DNA of 29,652 bases. Source: Steroidobacteraceae bacterium. GTDB lineage: Bacteria; Pseudomonadota; Gammaproteobacteria; Steroidobacterales; Steroidobacteraceae. Positions 1 through 8,351 of the stretch are shown piece after piece (position 1 is the stretch's first letter; every line of letters starts with the position of its first letter). The stretch covers positions 1-29,652 of the forward strand of contig DASSQU010000189.1 in NCBI GenBank assembly GCA_035702325.1. Reading direction: 5' to 3'. Made by a program: the position numbers and the translations under genes. Under the pieces are notes generated by a model that had not been told where the DNA came from, ran no database searches, and worked only from the letters and a program-made list of their open reading frames with translations.

Positions 1-761
1 ACAGCGGCTGGCAGTTCCTGCCGATGGCAGCCGGCGAGGTGCGTGAGCCGCAGCGCACGCTGCCGCGGGCGCTCGTGGGGGGAACGCTGCTGGTGCTGGC
101 GCTGTATCTCACCATCAACACCGCGTACCTGTACGCGCTGCCCTTCTGGCAGGTGGCGAGCGCCAACTCCACCGCCTATCCCGATGCGCCCTCGGTGGCG
201 GCGCGCGCGGTGCAGACGTTCCTCGGCGGGCGCGCCGCGCCGATCGCGGCGCTGATCTTTCTCATCTCGACCATCGGCTCGCTCAACGGCGTGATTCTGA
301 GCGCCGCGCGCGTCCCGTACGCCGCGGCGCGCGACGGGCTGTTCTTCGCGCCCTTCGGCCGCCTGAGCCCGGCGAGCCGCGTGCCGGTCACCTCGCTGGT
401 ACTGCTCGCGCTCTGGGGCGCGCTGCTGGCCGCCTCCGGAACCTTCGACCAGCTGACCAACATGGCGGTGATGTCGTACGCGCTGTTCTGGATCCCGGTG
501 TCGCTCGCGGTGATCGTGCTGCGGCGCCGGCTGCCGCAGGCGCCGCGTCCGTTTCGCCTGCCCGGCTACCCGGTCGTGCCGCTGCTGTTCGCGCTGGTGA
601 TGGTGTGGATCGTGATCAGCGCGCTGCTGACCGCGCCCCGGGAATCGATCGCCACCGTGGTGCTGATCGCGCTCGGCCTGCCGCTCTATCCGCTGTTCCG
701 CCGCCGCGGTGGCCGCGCGGGCGCGCCGCACGCTACTGCGACTCGAGTTCCCAGAGGGTGA
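1..761 (+). CDS. APC-family amino acid permease, C-terminal part (5' end outside the window)
   Basis: The frame is open from the window start (SGWQFLPMAAGEVREPQRTLPRAL). The GEVxxPxRxLPRA motif, multiple hydrophobic helices and the C-terminal RPFRLPGYP signature fit APC/LAT permeases. Confidence 0.9.
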   Translation, partial: SGWQFLPMAAGEVREPQRTLPRALVGGTLLVLALYLTINTAYLYALPFWQVASANSTAYPDAPSVAARAVQTFLGGRAAPIAALIFLISTIGSLNGVILSAARVPYAAARDGLFFAPFGRLSPASRVPVTSLVLLALWGALLAASGTFDQLTNMAVMSYALFWIPVSLAVIVLRRRLPQAPRPFRLPGYPVVPLLFALVMVWIVISALLTAPRESIATVVLIALGLPLYPLFRRRGGRAGAPHATATRVPRG

Positions 762-1347
762 GCGGCGCGCCGCGCCGCACCCAGAAGCCGAGTCCCGCCT
801 CGCGGAAGTGCCGCCGCAGCCGCGGGCGGTACCACCGGGCGCTGCGCAGGTGCACGTCGGCATCGGTGCGCCGCGGGTCGCTGTTGCGCTCGAGATCGAT
901 GCGCGTCAGCGCGCTGAAGTACAGCACGCCGCGGCACAGGCGGGCGAGGTTGCGCAGCGCTCCTTCGGCCGCGCGCTCATCGAGATACTGCAGCACGTCG
1001 TAGCAGATGACGAGGTCGAACGGCCGCCGGGCGCGGTAGCGCTCGATGCGCCCGTATTGCCAGCCGTGGCGGCGGCACAGGTAGGCGCTCGCCTCGAGCG
1101 CCGTGTAGCGCGCGCGCGGCAGCAGGCGCAGCAGCGCCGCACGCAGCAGCCCGGTACCGCACCCGGCCTCGAGGATGCGCCGCACCGGCAACCCCGCGTG
1201 GGCGGTGAGGGCGGCGATGAGGCGCGCGCGGGCGCGCATCTCCGCGCGGGTGGTCACCGCGGTGCGTCGATCGTAGTAGTAGCGCCGGTAGTAGTCGGGC
1301 CCGAAGCGCCCGGCGCGCGCGTTGTATGCTCGACGGCGGTGGAGCAC
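733..1347 (-). CDS. Class I SAM-dependent methyltransferase (start uncertain: GTG 1347 or further upstream)
   Basis: Motif I ILEAGCGTG and downstream FDLVICYDVLQY. Overlaps the permease tail-to-tail by 29 nt. Confidence 0.8.
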   Translation of the reverse strand: MLHRRRAYNARAGRFGPDYYRRYYYDRRTAVTTRAEMRARARLIAALTAHAGLPVRRILEAGCGTGLLRAALLRLLPRARYTALEASAYLCRRHGWQYGRIERYRARRPFDLVICYDVLQYLDERAAEGALRNLARLCRGVLYFSALTRIDLERNSDPRRTDADVHLRSARWYRPRLRRHFREAGLGFWVRRGAPLTLWELESQ

Positions 1348-1352
1348 GTTGT

Positions 1353-1361
1353 TGCTAATAT
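1353..1361 (+). promoter_or_regulatory. Candidate extended -10 promoter (TGC-TAATAT) for the YXWGXW lipoprotein gene
   Basis: TGn + TAnnnT in an AT-rich patch about 40 nt upstream of ATG 1401, with SD AGGAGG before the ATG. Confidence 0.45.
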
Positions 1362-1400
1362 GTTCCGGCACCCTGCCCGGGAACAAGAGGAGGCAGCACG

Positions 1401-1721
1401 ATGAGACTCAAGCCTGTCCGCACCGCGGTCGCCGCTGCGCTGCTTGGCGCCGTGCTGTCGGCGTGCGTCGTGGCGCCGGGGCCGGAATACGGCGTCGCCG
1501 TCGCCTACGCGCCGCCGCCGGCGCAGTACGAGGTGATCGGCGTGGCCCCGGCGCCCGGCTATTTCTGGATCGGCGGCGGGTGGTTCTGGGAGGGCGGGCG
1601 CTACGCCTGGCACCCGGGTCACTGGGTGGAGCCGCGGCCTGGCTATCGCTGGGTTCCCCGCACCTGGGTTCACCGCCGCGACGGCTGGCACGCGCGCGGT
1701 GGAGACTGGGTGCACCGCTAA
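1401..1721 (+). CDS. YXWGXW-repeat lipoprotein
   Basis: Strong SD; signal peptide with lipobox LSA-C; Trp/Gly repeats (PGYFWIGGGW, YAWHPGHW, PGYRWVPRTW, GWHARGGDW). Confidence 0.85.
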   Translation: MRLKPVRTAVAAALLGAVLSACVVAPGPEYGVAVAYAPPPAQYEVIGVAPAPGYFWIGGGWFWEGGRYAWHPGHWVEPRPGYRWVPRTWVHRRDGWHARGGDWVHR

Positions 1722-1824
1722 GAGGGGGCGGGACGAGCCCGGTGCCGCATTTGCACCGGGCGTGCCGGGCGCGGCACACTGCGCTGCTGCGGTGGCGGGT
1801 CCACTGCGGACGGGGAGCGGACAC

Positions 1825-2412
1825 ATGAGCACGGCGTGGATTGCGGGGGCCTGGCTCGCGGCGACGGCGACCCTGGTGGCGGCGCAGGTGCCGTCCGGGA
1901 AGTCCTCGCAGAAGGGTGCGGGCGGCAAGTTCACCCTCACGAGTCCCGATATCGCACCGGGCGGGAAGATCGCCGAGCGGCAGGTTTTCAACGGCTTCGG
2001 CTGCCGGGGCGACAACGTCTCCCCGGCGCTCGCCTGGAGCGACCCGCCGGCCGGCACCCGCAGCTTTGCACTCCTCATGCACGATCCCGATGCCCCGACC
2101 GGCAGCGGCTGGTGGCACTGGGTCGCGTACGACATCCCGCCCGGGGTGAGCTCGCTCCCGGCCGGCGCCGGCGACCCGCACAGGAGCCTGATGCCGGCGG
2201 GCGTCATCCAGGGCCGCACCGACTTCGGCACCAGCGGCTACGGCGGGCCGTGCCCGCCGCCGGGCAAGCCCCACCGCTATTACCTGCGCCTCTACGCGCT
2301 CAAGGTCGCCAGGCTCGAGGCACCGGCGGATGCGACCGCGGCCTTCATCGGCTTCAACGTGCAGGCAAACTCCCTCGGCGTGGCCGAGCTCATGGGAGTG
2401 TATGGCCGCTGA
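1825..2412 (+). CDS. YbhB/YbcL family (PEBP/RKIP-like) secreted protein
   Basis: SD GGGGAG before ATG 1825; signal-peptide-like N-terminus; motifs [31 protein letters not shown] and HRY. Confidence 0.92.
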   Translation: MSTAWIAGAWLAATATLVAAQVPSGKSSQKGAGGKFTLTSPDIAPGGKIAERQVFNGFGCRGDNVSPALAWSDPPAGTRSFALLMHDPDAPTGSGWWHWVAYDIPPGVSSLPAGAGDPHRSLMPAGVIQGRTDFGTSGYGGPCPPPGKPHRYYLRLYALKVARLEAPADATAAFIGFNVQANSLGVAELMGVYGR

Positions 2413-2566
2413 GCCACGCCGCCCCCGCGAGCGCCGTCCGGCCATCTGGCCGTGGCTGCTCATGCCGCTGGTCGTGCTGGCGGTGTTCTGCACGCTGCTG
2501 CGCATGCATCACCGGCCCGGCACGCCCTGGGCCGGTGCCTGGGCGCACGCGGCCGGCGCCCGCTAG
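2402..2566 (+). CDS. Putative 54-aa single-pass membrane protein
   Basis: ATG overlaps the ybhB stop region; basic N-terminus followed by [19 protein letters not shown]; fills the ybhB-rimO gap. Confidence 0.45.
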   Translation: MAAEPRRPRERRPAIWPWLLMPLVVLAVFCTLLRMHHRPGTPWAGAWAHAAGAR

Positions 2567-2573
2567 GCCCCCC

Positions 2574-3929
2574 GTGCCGCACGCCGCCACCAGGCGCCGC
2601 CGCGGCGCGCCGCCGCGCCGCCGCGCCCCGCGCGTCGGCTTCGTGAGCCTCGGCTGCCCCAAGGCGCTGGTCGACTCCGAGCGGATCCTCACGCAGCTGC
2701 GCGCCGAGGGCTACGACGTGGCACCGAGCTACGAGGCGGCCGACCTCGTGGTCGTCAACACCTGCGGTTTCATCGACGCGGCGATCGAGGAATCGCTCGA
2801 GGCGATCGGCGAGGCCCTCGAGCGCAACGGTCGGGTGCTGGTCACCGGCTGCCTCGGCGCGAATCCGCAGCGCATCCTCGAGCGCCACCCGCGCGTGCTC
2901 GGGGTCACGGGTCCCCAGGCCTACGAGGCGGTGGTGAACGCGGTGCACGCGCACCTGCCGCCGCGGCACGACCCGTTCGTCGACCTCGTGCCCCCGCAGG
3001 GTGTGCGGCTGACGCCGCGTCACTACGCCTATCTCAAGATCTCCGAGGGCTGCAACAACCGCTGCAGCTTCTGCGTCATCCCCGCCATGCGCGGCCGTCT
3101 GGTGAGCCGCCCCGTCGACGCGGTACTGCGCGAGGCCGAGCAGCTGGTGGCGGCGGGCGTGAAGGAGCTGCTGGTCATCTCGCAGGACACCGGCGCCTAC
3201 GGTGCGGACCTGCGCTACGCGGGCGGCCGCTGGCGTGGGGCGCACTACCGCAGCCGCCTGATCGATCTGGCGCAGGCGCTCGGCGAGCTCGGCGTGTGGG
3301 TGCGCCTGCACTACGTCTATCCCTACCCGCACGTCGACGAGCTCGTGCCGCTCATGGCCGAGCGGCGCGTGCTGCCGTACCTCGACATCCCGTTCCAGCA
3401 CGGCAGCCCGACGGTGCTCAGGCGCATGCGCCGCCCTGCCGCTGCGCAGGACACGCTGGCGCGCATCCGCCGCTGGCGCGAGCGCTGCCCCGAGCTCACG
3501 TTGCGCAGCACCTTCATCGTCGGTTTTCCCGGAGAGACCGAGGAGGAATTCGCCGAGCTGCTCGCCTGGCTCGATGAGGCGCAGCTCGATCGCGTCGGTT
3601 GCTTCCGGTACTCGCCGGTCGCGGGCGCAGCCGCGAATGCGCTGCCCGGCGCGGTCGCCCCCGGGGTGCAGGAGGAGCGCTACCGCAGATTCATGGAGCG
3701 TGCCGCGCAGATCAGTGCACGGCGCCTCGCCGCGCGTGTCGGGCGGCGCATGCGCGTGCTGGTCGACTCGGTGGCGGGCGATACCGCGATCGCGCGCAGC
3801 GAAGCGGACGCGCCCGAGATCGACGGCGTGGTGCGGATCGCGCCAGCCCGCGGGCTGCGTGCCGGCGACTTTGCCGACGTCACGATCGTGTCGGCCGAGG
3901 TTCACGACCTCACCGCGCGGCTCGCCTGA
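2574..3929 (+). CDS. rimO: Ribosomal protein S12 methylthiotransferase RimO (start approximate, GTG 2574)
   Basis: [17 protein letters not shown]-terminus, radical-SAM CNNRCSFC motif, [15 protein letters not shown], and C-terminal TRAM region ([11 protein letters not shown]). Confidence 0.97.
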   Translation: MPHAATRRRRGAPPRRRAPRVGFVSLGCPKALVDSERILTQLRAEGYDVAPSYEAADLVVVNTCGFIDAAIEESLEAIGEALERNGRVLVTGCLGANPQRILERHPRVLGVTGPQAYEAVVNAVHAHLPPRHDPFVDLVPPQGVRLTPRHYAYLKISEGCNNRCSFCVIPAMRGRLVSRPVDAVLREAEQLVAAGVKELLVISQDTGAYGADLRYAGGRWRGAHYRSRLIDLAQALGELGVWVRLHYVYPYPHVDELVPLMAERRVLPYLDIPFQHGSPTVLRRMRRPAAAQDTLARIRRWRERCPELTLRSTFIVGFPGETEEEFAELLAWLDEAQLDRVGCFRYSPVAGAAANALPGAVAPGVQEERYRRFMERAAQISARRLAARVGRRMRVLVDSVAGDTAIARSEADAPEIDGVVRIAPARGLRAGDFADVTIVSAEVHDLTARLA

Positions 3930-4045
3930 GCCGGTGGCACGCCCCAACCGGCCCTTTGTGCGCGGGCAAAAGTCACGCCTTTTGCCCGCGTCGTCAGCAC
4001 AGCCGGGCGACAGGTCTGCGGAAATCGCCGGCAGGCGATTTCCGC
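3930..4045. terminator. Cluster of stem-loops between convergent genes, probably a bidirectional terminator or 3'-end protector
   Basis: Perfect 12-bp inverted repeats at 3961-3972/3979-3990 and 4018-4029/4034-4045, plus GCCGGT/ACCGGC near 3930-3952. No U-tracts. Confidence 0.55.
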
Positions 4046-4052
4046 CAATGGA

Positions 4053-4646
4053 TTAGTCCATCCGCAGCGACTTGCGGATCTGCGCGGCCTTGTCGCGCGC
4101 CGCCTGCGCCTTGCTCACCGCCGTGGGGAAGTCCCCCGCGGAGGCGGCGCTGGAGGCGGCGCTCCACAACGATCTGAGCGACTCGAGCCCCGCGCCCGCG
4201 GCGGCAACCTGCTGCCGGGTGACGAACCGGGGGAGCTCCGCGGACTTCGACAGCGCCGCGGCGCGCCCGGCGATCTCCTCGATCGCCTTCGGCACCTCGG
4301 CACTCAGCGGCCCCCAGTCGTCCTTCGCCCGGGCCAGTGCCGCCTCGGCGTCGGCCTTCTTCGCCTCGGCCGCGGTCTTGAGGCCCGCGATCGCGAGAGT
4401 CAGCTCCGGCGCCTCGCGCTGCACGCCGAGGTAGTCGCCCCGCGCGAGGCTCGCCTTGAGGGCGGCGAGCTGCGCTTCCGCGGCCTGCAGCTGCTCGGGA
4501 ACGTACTTGCGCGCCGCATCACGCACTTCGGCGAGCGACGCCTCGGCACTCGCCACGGCCCGCTCGGCCGGGGCCTTGTGGTTCTCGCAGCCGGCGAGCA
4601 GCAGCACGCCGAGCACCGCGGGCAGCCAGACGCCTGTTTTGTTCAT
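4053..4646 (-). CDS. Ala-rich alpha-helical lipoprotein of unknown function
   Basis: MNK + hydrophobic stretch + lipobox LAG-C (Cys20); GC-rich codon usage like its neighbours. Confidence 0.8.
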   Translation of the reverse strand: MNKTGVWLPAVLGVLLLAGCENHKAPAERAVASAEASLAEVRDAARKYVPEQLQAAEAQLAALKASLARGDYLGVQREAPELTLAIAGLKTAAEAKKADAEAALARAKDDWGPLSAEVPKAIEEIAGRAAALSKSAELPRFVTRQQVAAAGAGLESLRSLWSAASSAASAGDFPTAVSKAQAARDKAAQIRKSLRMD

Positions 4647-4653
4647 GGAAAAA

Positions 4654-4662
4654 AGACTAACA
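4654..4662 (-). promoter_or_regulatory. Extended -10 (TGT-TAGTCT) 7 nt upstream of ATG 4646, leaderless-type
   Basis: Minus strand reads TGTTAGTCT-TTTTTCC-ATG; no SD. Confidence 0.55.
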
Positions 4663-4679
4663 CGATCGTTCCCGCGGCA

Positions 4680-6317
4680 TCACCGTACCGCCGCGTGCGG
4701 TCGCGGCGTGACGCTCTGTCCGCGCACGGCATCGTCGACGCTCGAGTAGTCCAGCGTCGGCGCCGCCAGTTGCGGGAGCGCGGCCCGCAGCAGCGCGTCG
4801 CGTACCGTGTGCCGCAGCCGCGCGACGCGGATTTCGATGTCGCGCGCGGCGAGCCAGGCGCAGAACTCCCCGAGCGTCTCGAGCGCGGTGCCGTCGAGAT
4901 CGGGTGATTCCTCGAAGTTGAGCACCACCCGCCGGGTGGCGGGGGAGCCGAGCACCAGCTCCCGGGCACGCAGCAGCAGCGGCTCGGCGTTGCCGAAGAA
5001 CAACGGCTCCTCGGGCCGCAGCACCAGCAGTCCCGGCGTTCTCACCGCCTGCGGAAAACGCGCGACGTTCACGTAGTCGTGCTCGCCGACGCGCCCGAGC
5101 ACCGAGATGCGCGGACTCGCGAGCGACTTCAGCAGCCACACGAGGCTGAAGGCGATCGCCGCCAGCAGCCCGCGCAACACTCCGAACAGCAGTACCGCGA
5201 GCACGGCGGCGAGCGCAACCTGCCAGTCGCGCTGCCAGCGGAAGTAGTTGCTGAACACCGCGACGCGCAGCGACTTGCTCACCGCGTGGATCACGATCGC
5301 CGCCAGCACCGGCTCGGGCGTCAGTTCGATCCACCCGCGAAACAGCAGCACCAGCACCAGCACCGCCGCCGCGGCCGTGAGGCCGGCGAGCCGCGACTGC
5401 GCGCCGGCCGCGTCGTTGGCCGAAGTGCCGGAGTAGCCGGCGCCGACCGGAGTGCCCTGCAGGAGGCCCGCCATCACGTTCGCCACCCCGAGCGCGAGCA
5501 GGTCGCGGTTCGGCTGCACGGCGTCGTCGTGCTTGAGCGCGAAGGTGCGGATCGAGCCGTAGGACTCGGCATACAGAATGAACATCAGCGCCAGCGAGAA
5601 CCCGGCGAGCGACCAGCCGTGCGCCGGGTCCGGCAGCGCCAGGGCCGGCATGCCGAGCGCGAGACGGATCGGCCCGGTGAGCCCGACGCCGTGCGCACCG
5701 AGCCAGGGAGCCGCGAGGATCCCGGCGACGATCACCACCAGCGCTCCGGGAACGCGCGGCACGCGCTCGAGCGTGAACAGCACGAGCAGCGCGGCGAGCC
5801 CGCAGCCGAGGCTCGGCAGCCGCCAGTCCGCCAGGCTGCCCGCGAGCTCGCCGAGCAGCGCGAGGAAGGCGGCACTGTGAGCGTGCATGCCGACCAGGGT
5901 GGGCCATTGCTTGACCGCGATGACCAGCGCCAGTCCGAACGCGTAGCCGCGCAGCACCGGGCGCGCGATCAGGCTCGACATGGCACCGAGGCGCAGCGCG
6001 CCGCACAGCGCGAACGCCACCCCGGCTCCCACCACCAGGATCGAGGCGAGCGCCGCGCGCTGTGCGGGGTCGGCAGCGCCGAGCTCGAAGGTCGCCGAGG
6101 CGAGTACCGCGGCCGATGAGGAGGTCGCCGAGACGATGGCGAAGCGGCTGCGGCCGATGAGGCCGTAGGCGACGAGGCCCGCGATGAGCGCGATGACCCC
6201 GGCCTGGGGCGGCAGATTCGCGACTCCCGAGTACGCCACCGCCTCCGGCAGCAGCAGGCCCGCGATGGCGAGGCCCGCGGGCAGATCTGCGATGGAGGGT
6301 CGCCGGGTGGCGCTCAT
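4680..6317 (-). CDS. SulP-family anion transporter with C-terminal STAS domain
   Basis: GLLLPEAVAYS sulfate-transporter-like motif, many TM helices, and STAS region EEPLFFGNA...VVLNFEESPDLDGTA. Confidence 0.92.
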   Translation of the reverse strand: MSATRRPSIADLPAGLAIAGLLLPEAVAYSGVANLPPQAGVIALIAGLVAYGLIGRSRFAIVSATSSSAAVLASATFELGAADPAQRAALASILVVGAGVAFALCGALRLGAMSSLIARPVLRGYAFGLALVIAVKQWPTLVGMHAHSAAFLALLGELAGSLADWRLPSLGCGLAALLVLFTLERVPRVPGALVVIVAGILAAPWLGAHGVGLTGPIRLALGMPALALPDPAHGWSLAGFSLALMFILYAESYGSIRTFALKHDDAVQPNRDLLALGVANVMAGLLQGTPVGAGYSGTSANDAAGAQSRLAGLTAAAAVLVLVLLFRGWIELTPEPVLAAIVIHAVSKSLRVAVFSNYFRWQRDWQVALAAVLAVLLFGVLRGLLAAIAFSLVWLLKSLASPRISVLGRVGEHDYVNVARFPQAVRTPGLLVLRPEEPLFFGNAEPLLLRARELVLGSPATRRVVLNFEESPDLDGTALETLGEFCAWLAARDIEIRVARLRHTVRDALLRAALPQLAAPTLDYSSVDDAVRGQSVTPRPHAAVR

Positions 6318-6324
6318 CGCCGCG

Positions 6325-6330
6325 ATCGTA
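6325..6330 (-). promoter_or_regulatory. -10 box TACGAT 7 nt upstream of the SulP ATG, leaderless-type
   Basis: Minus strand reads TACGAT-CGCGGCG-ATG; no SD. Confidence 0.5.
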
Positions 6331-6360
6331 CCGCGCGCCGTCGCCCCCGGGGAGGCGCCG

Positions 6361-8196
6361 CTACTCGACGGTGACGCTCTTGGCGAGGTTGCGCGGCTGG
6401 TCGACGTCGGTGCCGCGCAGGATTGCGGCGTGGTAGGCGAGCAGCTGCAGCGGAATCGTGTAGACCACCGGCGCCTGGAAGTACGTGACGTGCTTCGGCA
6501 TCTCGATGACCGTCACGCCGTCGCTCGGATGAATGCCTGCCTCGGGATCGGCGAATACGATCAGCTCGCCGCCGCGCGCGCGCACTTCCATCAGGTTCGA
6601 CTTGAGCTTCTCGAGCAGGTCGTTGTTGGGCGCCACCGCGACCACCGGCATGTCGGCATCGACCAGGGCGAGCGGCCCGTGCTTGAGCTCGCCGGCCGGG
6701 TAGCCTTCCGCGTGGATGTAGGAGATTTCCTTGAGCTTCAGCGCCCCCTCCATGGCGATGGGATAGAGGGCGCCGCGGCCGAGAAACAGTGCGTGATGCT
6801 TGTCGGCAAAGCGTTTGGCGAGCTGCTGGACGACCGCATCGAGCACCAGCGTGCGCTCGATGAGCGCGGGCAGCTCGATGAGGCGCGTCACGAGTCCCCG
6901 CTCGCGCTCGGGGTCGGAGCCGCGGTGGCGGGCGAGCGCCACCACCAGCATGCCGAGCGCGGCGAGCTGGGTGCTGAAGGCCTTGGTCGAGGCGACGCCG
7001 ATCTCGGGGCCGGCGCGCGTCAGCATCACCAGCTCCGACTCGCGCACCAGCGAGCTCTCCGGCACGTTGCAGATCGCGAGCTGGGACAGGTAACCGGACT
7101 GGCGCGCGAGGCGCAGCGCCGCCAGCGTGTCGGCCGTCTCGCCGGACTGCGAGATGGTGACGAACAGCGAATCCGGCGGCACCAGGGGGCTCCTGTAGCG
7201 GTACTCGCTGGCGATGTCCACCTGGCAGGGGAGCTTGGCGATCTGCTCGATGAAGTAGCGCGCGACCGCCGCCGCATGGAAGCTGGTGCCGCAGGCGACG
7301 ATGTGCACGTTGCGGGTGCGCTCGAACACGCGCGTGGCCGCCGGTCCGAACGCCGCCTCCAGCAGCCGGCCGTTGGCGACGCGCTCCTGCAGCGTGTTGG
7401 CGACCGCGCGCGGCTGCTCGTGGATCTCCTTCAGCATGAAGTGCCGGTAGGGACCCTTCTCGGCCGCCTCCGGTGACAGCTCGCTCTCGCGCACCGCCCG
7501 CTCGACGCTGTTGCCGTTGCGGTCGAGAATGCGCACCGTCGTGCGCCGCACCTCGGCGACGTCGCCCTCCTCGAGGAACACGAAGCGCCGGGTCACCGGC
7601 AGCAGCGCCGCGACGTCGGAGGCGACGAAATTCTCGTCCTGCCCGAGTCCCACCACCACCGGGCAGCCCTCGCGGGCGAGGATCAGCCGGTCCGGATCGT
7701 GCTCGCTCACCACCACCAGCGCGTAGGCGCCCTCGAGCTCCGCCACCGTGGCGCGCACCGCCTTGAACAGGTCCTTGAGCGTCTCGAGGTGATAGTGCAC
7801 ACGGTGCGCGATCACCTCGGTGTCGGTCTCGGAGGAGAAGCGGTAGCCGCGCCGCTCGAGATCGGCGCGCAGCTCCTCGTGGTTCTCGATGATGCCGTTG
7901 TGGACGATCGCGAGCCCGTCGCGCGAGATGTGGGGGTGGGCGTTGCGCTCGCTCGGCACGCCGTGGGTGGCCCAGCGGGTGTGGGCGATGCCGATCAGGC
8001 CTTCGGTCGGGGTCTGCTCGAGCGCATCGTCGAGCATGCGCACTTTGCCGACGGTGCGCAGCCGGGTGAGGTGCTTCGAGCCGTTGAGCACCGCGAGGCC
8101 CGCCGAATCGTAGCCGCGGTATTCGAGCCGCCGCAGGCCCTCCATCAGTACCGGGACGACGTTCCGATCGGCGACCGCTCCGACGATTCCACACAT
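6361..8196 (-). CDS. glmS: Glutamine--fructose-6-phosphate transaminase (isomerizing)
   Basis: N-terminal MCGIVG (catalytic Cys), [11 protein letters not shown] and C-terminal [11 protein letters not shown]; SD GGAGG 9 nt upstream. Confidence 0.99.
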   Translation of the reverse strand: MCGIVGAVADRNVVPVLMEGLRRLEYRGYDSAGLAVLNGSKHLTRLRTVGKVRMLDDALEQTPTEGLIGIAHTRWATHGVPSERNAHPHISRDGLAIVHNGIIENHEELRADLERRGYRFSSETDTEVIAHRVHYHLETLKDLFKAVRATVAELEGAYALVVVSEHDPDRLILAREGCPVVVGLGQDENFVASDVAALLPVTRRFVFLEEGDVAEVRRTTVRILDRNGNSVERAVRESELSPEAAEKGPYRHFMLKEIHEQPRAVANTLQERVANGRLLEAAFGPAATRVFERTRNVHIVACGTSFHAAAVARYFIEQIAKLPCQVDIASEYRYRSPLVPPDSLFVTISQSGETADTLAALRLARQSGYLSQLAICNVPESSLVRESELVMLTRAGPEIGVASTKAFSTQLAALGMLVVALARHRGSDPERERGLVTRLIELPALIERTLVLDAVVQQLAKRFADKHHALFLGRGALYPIAMEGALKLKEISYIHAEGYPAGELKHGPLALVDADMPVVAVAPNNDLLEKLKSNLMEVRARGGELIVFADPEAGIHPSDGVTVIEMPKHVTYFQAPVVYTIPLQLLAYHAAILRGTDVDQPRNLAKSVTVE

Positions 8197-8351
8197 GGCC
8201 GCTTGCCTCCATTCCCTGCAGTCGGCGCCTTCCCGGCACCCTGGACCGCTAAGTTTGCCTGAATCCCGTGCAAAACGCCGGATCCGCACCCCCGCAGCCG
8301 TGACCCAGGTCGCGGCGCCGTCGCCCGGCAGGCCGCAGCTTCCCGCCGCGC

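Noticed and set aside
1836-2573. 697-aa ORF suggesting a large N-terminal extension of RimO
   Set aside because: The upstream part is an alternate frame of ybhB and the small ORF, with Arg/Pro-rich nonsense composition. RimO homology begins near 2630.
6335-6360. GC hairpin after the glmS stop as an intrinsic terminator
   Set aside because: The stem is short, entirely GC-driven and has no U-tract, so it is not distinguishable from chance.
6318-6400. attTn7 site at the glmS 3' end, possibly occupied
   Set aside because: The [11 protein letters not shown]-coding target is present, but the 43-bp downstream gap has no Tn7-like ends and the downstream genes have host-like composition. The site appears empty.
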